Shown: piece by piece, positions 26,746-29,174 of the stretch
How positions within the stretch are numbered: position 1 is the stretch's first letter
Layout of the letters: each line of letters opens with the position of its first letter
From: a virus
Taxonomy: Duplodnaviria > Caudoviricetes
Reading direction: 5' to 3' (one strand)
Virus record (IMG/VR): IMGVR_UViG_3300033067_000671
Location: 1-29,174 of that record
DNA length: 29,174 nt
Notes under the pieces: model-generated
What the model saw: the letters and a program-made list of their open reading frames with translations, nothing else
Databases searched by the model: none
What the model was told of the DNA's origin: nothing
Translations under genes and position numbers: made by a program

Positions 26746-27218
26746 TTGAAATACTCCTTATGTTCTCGCAGCAAGCGCAGCGATCTTTCGTCGTGGTTTT
26801 CCCACAACTGCAAGCCTCTGGCACGGAGCATTTCCTCGACTTCGTTCAGGCACTTGCGCCCGAAGTTCGGCCACTTCCTCATTTCGCTCCGGCTGAACAT
26901 GCATAAGTGGCGCACAGTAAAAGGCGGCTCGATGTCGAATGTTCCAGTTCCAGCGTATGAGGCGAACCCTGCCAGTTCGGCCCGAATGATGTTTGCCGGT
27001 CGTGTTGTCATGTCAGCCAAAAACACTTCAAGCGGAAAATCTAGCGGGTGTATCTTGCGCAGTTGTTGGGCCTCCATTTTTTGGAGAGCCTTCAGTTCCG
27101 CAATTTCTGTCAGCGTCTGCTCCGGGTCGCCGCATCCGTCGTCGCCAATCCCGAGCGCCTCATCAATCGCTGCCAGCGTGCGCACCGCCTGTTCAAACAT
27201 GCACTTGTAGTCTGTCAT
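26742..27218 (-). CDS. Protein with RNA polymerase alpha C-terminal-domain-like domain (cassette 5, gene 1)
   Basis: DMTTRPANIIRAE...TVRHL...S.SEMRKWPNFGRKCLNEVEEMLRARGL parallels RpoA CTD ELTVRSANCLKAE...[24 protein letters not shown]. Confidence 0.8.
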   Translation of the reverse strand: MTDYKCMFEQAVRTLAAIDEALGIGDDGCGDPEQTLTEIAELKALQKMEAQQLRKIHPLDFPLEVFLADMTTRPANIIRAELAGFASYAGTGTFDIEPPFTVRHLCMFSRSEMRKWPNFGRKCLNEVEEMLRARGLQLWENHDERSLRLLREHKEYFK

Positions 27219-27640
27219 TTACGTTCTCCGTTTCCGCCAGCGGCATAACCCGGCAGTCCAGCGGACGCCGTTCCGGCGCCGCTGACTTTTGCGTTAGATC
27301 GCGCACGGATTGCCTCTGCACAATCTTTTGCTTCATGGTTGTAAAAGGATTCGCAAACCTTCGCGCAAGCCTCGCGCTCTTCTACCACGGCAAACAGCTT
27401 TTGTTTTTCGATGTTGAAAACGGCGCACCAATACACCGCATAAGCAGCGTACCCAATAAACGCCAATTGAAATATCACATCAAGAAAATGCTTAAACGGC
27501 GCACCAAAGATCAATGACTCAGCGGTTGCCTCAAGGACGTTAAACATCACGAAAAACAACATCACAAGAACCGTCGTAAAGATAGGGTTTCCATCGCAAG
27601 ATTGCGCCAGCCTGAAAGTCATCAATTGCACTTTGTTCAC
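27215..27640 (-). CDS. Two-TM membrane protein with EREACAK motif (cassette 6), reads through attC5
   Basis: AAGG RBS + GTG; two hydrophobic segments; EREACAKVCE...CAEAIRAR. Confidence 0.7.
   Translation of the reverse strand: MNKVQLMTFRLAQSCDGNPIFTTVLVMLFFVMFNVLEATAESLIFGAPFKHFLDVIFQLAFIGYAAYAVYWCAVFNIEKQKLFAVVEEREACAKVCESFYNHEAKDCAEAIRARSNAKVSGAGTASAGLPGYAAGGNGERK
27243..27299 (+). repeat. attC site 5 (57 bp)
   Basis: GCATAAC-CCGGC-AGT[C]CAGC...GCTGACT-TTTGC-GTTAGAT; perfect L pairing. Confidence 0.95.
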
Positions 27641-27656
27641 AATTGCCTTTCAAAAA

Positions 27657-27700
27657 ATCTAACAGTCCGGTCAAGCCGACCTTCGGCGGCTTACCTCAAT
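27657..27700 (+). repeat. attC site 6, truncated (R' missing)
   Basis: ATCTAAC-AGTCC-GGT[C]AAGC...GCTTACC-TCAAT then TTATCTC instead of GTTRRRY. Confidence 0.85.
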
Positions 27701-27893
27701 TTATCTCAGCCCCTTGCAACATCGTCAGCCTGATCGACTCGACGATCCGCTCCCATGCTAGATCGCATTTTATCCACTTCGGGCGCTGCAGATACACTAG
27801 CGGCATGTGCTGCGCTCCGTCGCCGCCCCATATCGCACATTGCTTACAGACCCCGGCTATCGGGCCGCTAACAGCGTACGTTTCTACTTTCAT
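27696..27893 (-). CDS. Hypothetical protein (cassette 7)
   Basis: AAGGT RBS; PLVYLQRPKWI motif. Confidence 0.65.
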   Translation of the reverse strand: MKVETYAVSGPIAGVCKQCAIWGGDGAQHMPLVYLQRPKWIKCDLAWERIVESIRLTMLQGAEIN

Positions 27894-27912
27894 TTTTTAC
27901 CTTTCAAATGCC

Positions 27913-27969
27913 GCCTAACAGGTCGTTCGTTCGGACTCGCTGCGCTCGCCGCTGACCTCCACGTTAGGT
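27913..27969 (+). repeat. attC site 7 (57 bp), L boxes mismatched
   Basis: GCCTAAC-AGGTC-GTTCGTTC...GCTGACC-TCCAC-GTTAGGT. Confidence 0.8.
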
Positions 27970-27977
27970 GTCAGTTT

Positions 27978-28160
27978 TCAGTAAATTGACATTACTTTTT
28001 TAGTTTCGATCACTTGCGCAACCGTAACATTACATTCATGCTCGCCGCCCTCAAATGCCATTTCGGCAAGCCACTTATCCCGCTGCGCGTTGGCTTCTTC
28101 AATCGCGCCAAAATATAAAACCGAGGGGTAATACGGGTTGTCTTTTGTTACTACATACAT
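27978..28160 (-). CDS. Hypothetical protein (cassette 8)
   Basis: GGAGAG RBS inside cassette. Confidence 0.65.
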   Translation of the reverse strand: MYVVTKDNPYYPSVLYFGAIEEANAQRDKWLAEMAFEGGEHECNVTVAQVIETKKVMSIY

Positions 28161-28182
28161 ATAACTCTCCAGTTCAGCAGCC

Positions 28183-28239
28183 GCCTAACCCTTCAATCCA
28201 GCGAACCGGCTTGGCCTGTCGCTGATTTAATCGTTAGGC
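28183..28239 (+). repeat. attC site 8 (57 bp)
   Basis: GCCTAAC-CCTTC-AAT[C]CAGC...GCTGATT-TAATC-GTTAGGC; perfect L pairing. Confidence 0.95.
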
Positions 28240-28539
28240 CACTACGCTACGCCTCACAACGGCGACCATCTTCACGCTGCCGTTGTTAATAGTAATCTCA
28301 CCAAGACAATGCGAAAATTCCCCTGTGAGTGCGCTTTGCATTGGCGAAGCCAGCATCACCACACGACCAAGCAATTCCGCTAGGGTTGTCTCGAAGCCAT
28401 CCCCAAGATTGATTGTCTGCTCACACGCATCTTGCGAAAGCTCAAAGTAGTGATCTTCGTCGTCGCTAATGTGCTCAGGGTACGTCAAGCGAAGTACCTC
28501 GTGCATTTCAAGGTCATCAAGCGGTCGTGGTGTTTTCAT
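28234..28539 (-). CDS. Acidic hypothetical protein (cassette 9)
   Basis: AAAGGA RBS; stop TAA within R' of attC8. Confidence 0.7.
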   Translation of the reverse strand: MKTPRPLDDLEMHEVLRLTYPEHISDDEDHYFELSQDACEQTINLGDGFETTLAELLGRVVMLASPMQSALTGEFSHCLGEITINNGSVKMVAVVRRSVVA

Positions 28540-28582
28540 GTCGTTCCTTTCGTCATTGTTTGCATGCCTTTCTTTCCGTGCT

Positions 28583-28651
28583 GCCTAACATGGCGGTCAA
28601 GAGGGACGCTGCGCAAAAAGCCGCGCATCGCCCCTTGCCTAATCGTTAGAA
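28583..28651 (+). repeat. attC site 9 (69 bp)
   Basis: GCCTAAC-ATGGC-GGT[C]AAGA...CCTTGCC-TAATC-GTTAGAA. Confidence 0.92.
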
Positions 28652-28866
28652 GTCAGCCAGTTGTTACGGAATCCCCGCCACCATGACGCGGTATAGACAA
28701 AAGTTAGTGCAAGTATTCCCCATTGCCCAGCCGACCATGCCGAGTAAAACCAGAACGGCTGCCCGCATAGTCCGAAAATACAAGCCCATTTGCGCCACGG
28801 CTCACGCTTGTCATTTGCAAGCCAGATCGCAACACACCCAGTTAGAGCAATCGCTATTTGTTCCAT
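28639..28866 (-). CDS. Small Trp-rich multi-TM membrane protein (cassette 10)
   Basis: AIWL...W.KWA.IFGL.GQPFWFY.A..A.QWGI; ends inside attC9. Confidence 0.75.
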   Translation of the reverse strand: MEQIAIALTGCVAIWLANDKREPWRKWACIFGLCGQPFWFYSAWSAGQWGILALTFVYTASWWRGFRNNWLTSND

Positions 28867-28881
28867 TTCCGCCTTTCAGAC

Positions 28882-28950
28882 TTCTAACTTTACAGTCAAG
28901 GGGACTGCCAAAAGCTGCGCTTTTGTCATCCCCTTACTTCCACGTTATGG
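28882..28950 (+). repeat. attC site 10 (69 bp)
   Basis: TTCTAAC-TTTAC-AGT[C]AAGG...CCTTACT-TCCAC-GTTATGG; perfect L pairing. Confidence 0.95.
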
Positions 28951-29171
28951 GTCACAACCATTTTGTTGGCGTCAGCAATATGGTCGTCGTAATACAGCGC
29001 CTTGTGACACTCGCTTGTGGCATGCATCCCCGGCATACAGCACTCGCCGGGAAATAAGCAGCCAAATTCTGGCGGCTCAAAATCATCATCATCGTCTTGC
29101 AAATCAACCGCCTCGCCGCAGTCAATGCAACCGGCGGTCTTGCAAGCAGGAAAAGTACATAGATATGTCAT
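28926..29171 (-). CDS. Cys/Asp-rich hypothetical protein (cassette 11)
   Basis: Eight Cys plus poly-Asp; ends HNVEVRG inside attC10; true start may lie beyond the window. Confidence 0.55.
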   Translation of the reverse strand: MTYLCTFPACKTAGCIDCGEAVDLQDDDDDFEPPEFGCLFPGECCMPGMHATSECHKALYYDDHIADANKMVVTHNVEVRG

Positions 29172-29174
29172 CCT

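Larger units (their letters stand above)
25194..29174 (+). mobile_element. Integron-type gene cassette array (attC cluster with no integrase in window); 11 cassette units, genes antisense to attC, runs off the right edge
   Basis: Ten attC sites alternating with short ORFs; R'/next-R'' complementarity. Confidence 0.92.

Noticed and set aside
25429-28950. CRISPR array or REP/terminator interpretation of the recurring palindromes
   Set aside because: Units are not identical, intervals are gene-sized, there are no U-tracts, and R/L box geometry with extrahelical bases fits attC
25531-29057. Plus-strand ORFs in the array as canonical sense-orientation cassette genes
   Set aside because: Most cross attC boundaries and none shows recognisable motifs, whereas minus-strand ORFs have RBSs, coupling and known family motifs
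1-29174. Integrase, tRNA or prophage att ends
   Set aside because: No tyrosine/serine recombinase motifs, tRNA-like fold or host genes recognised, so prophage versus free phage cannot be decided

Overview
Phage or prophage DNA from a P22-like podovirus; the host is probably a proteobacterium (inference). Positions 1-2010 hold nin-type early genes (hexapeptide-repeat protein, NinB) and a putative late promoter/terminator. Positions 2311-21411 (+) are a virion operon: terminase, portal, SGNH esterase, scaffold, P22-type coat, gp4/gp10-like tail proteins, ejection proteins, tail fibre and holin. Positions 21416-29174 (-) are a convergent operon with small hypotheticals, a Q-like regulator, a GH19 endolysin and NinG. 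The standout feature is at 25.19-29.17 kb: an integron-type gene-cassette array inside the phage operon, with ten attC sites (eight well formed, one lacking R', one with mismatched L boxes). Each site's R' end matches the next site's R'', as expected for circular cassettes inserted by site-specific recombination. Every cassette gene is antisense to its attC, carries phage-type cargo (2x DUF551, an RNA-polymerase alpha-CTD-like protein, small membrane proteins) and often reads through the neighbouring attC. No integrase is in the window; an attI-like junction abuts ninG where intI would normally sit. Family calls come from motif recognition, not database searches.
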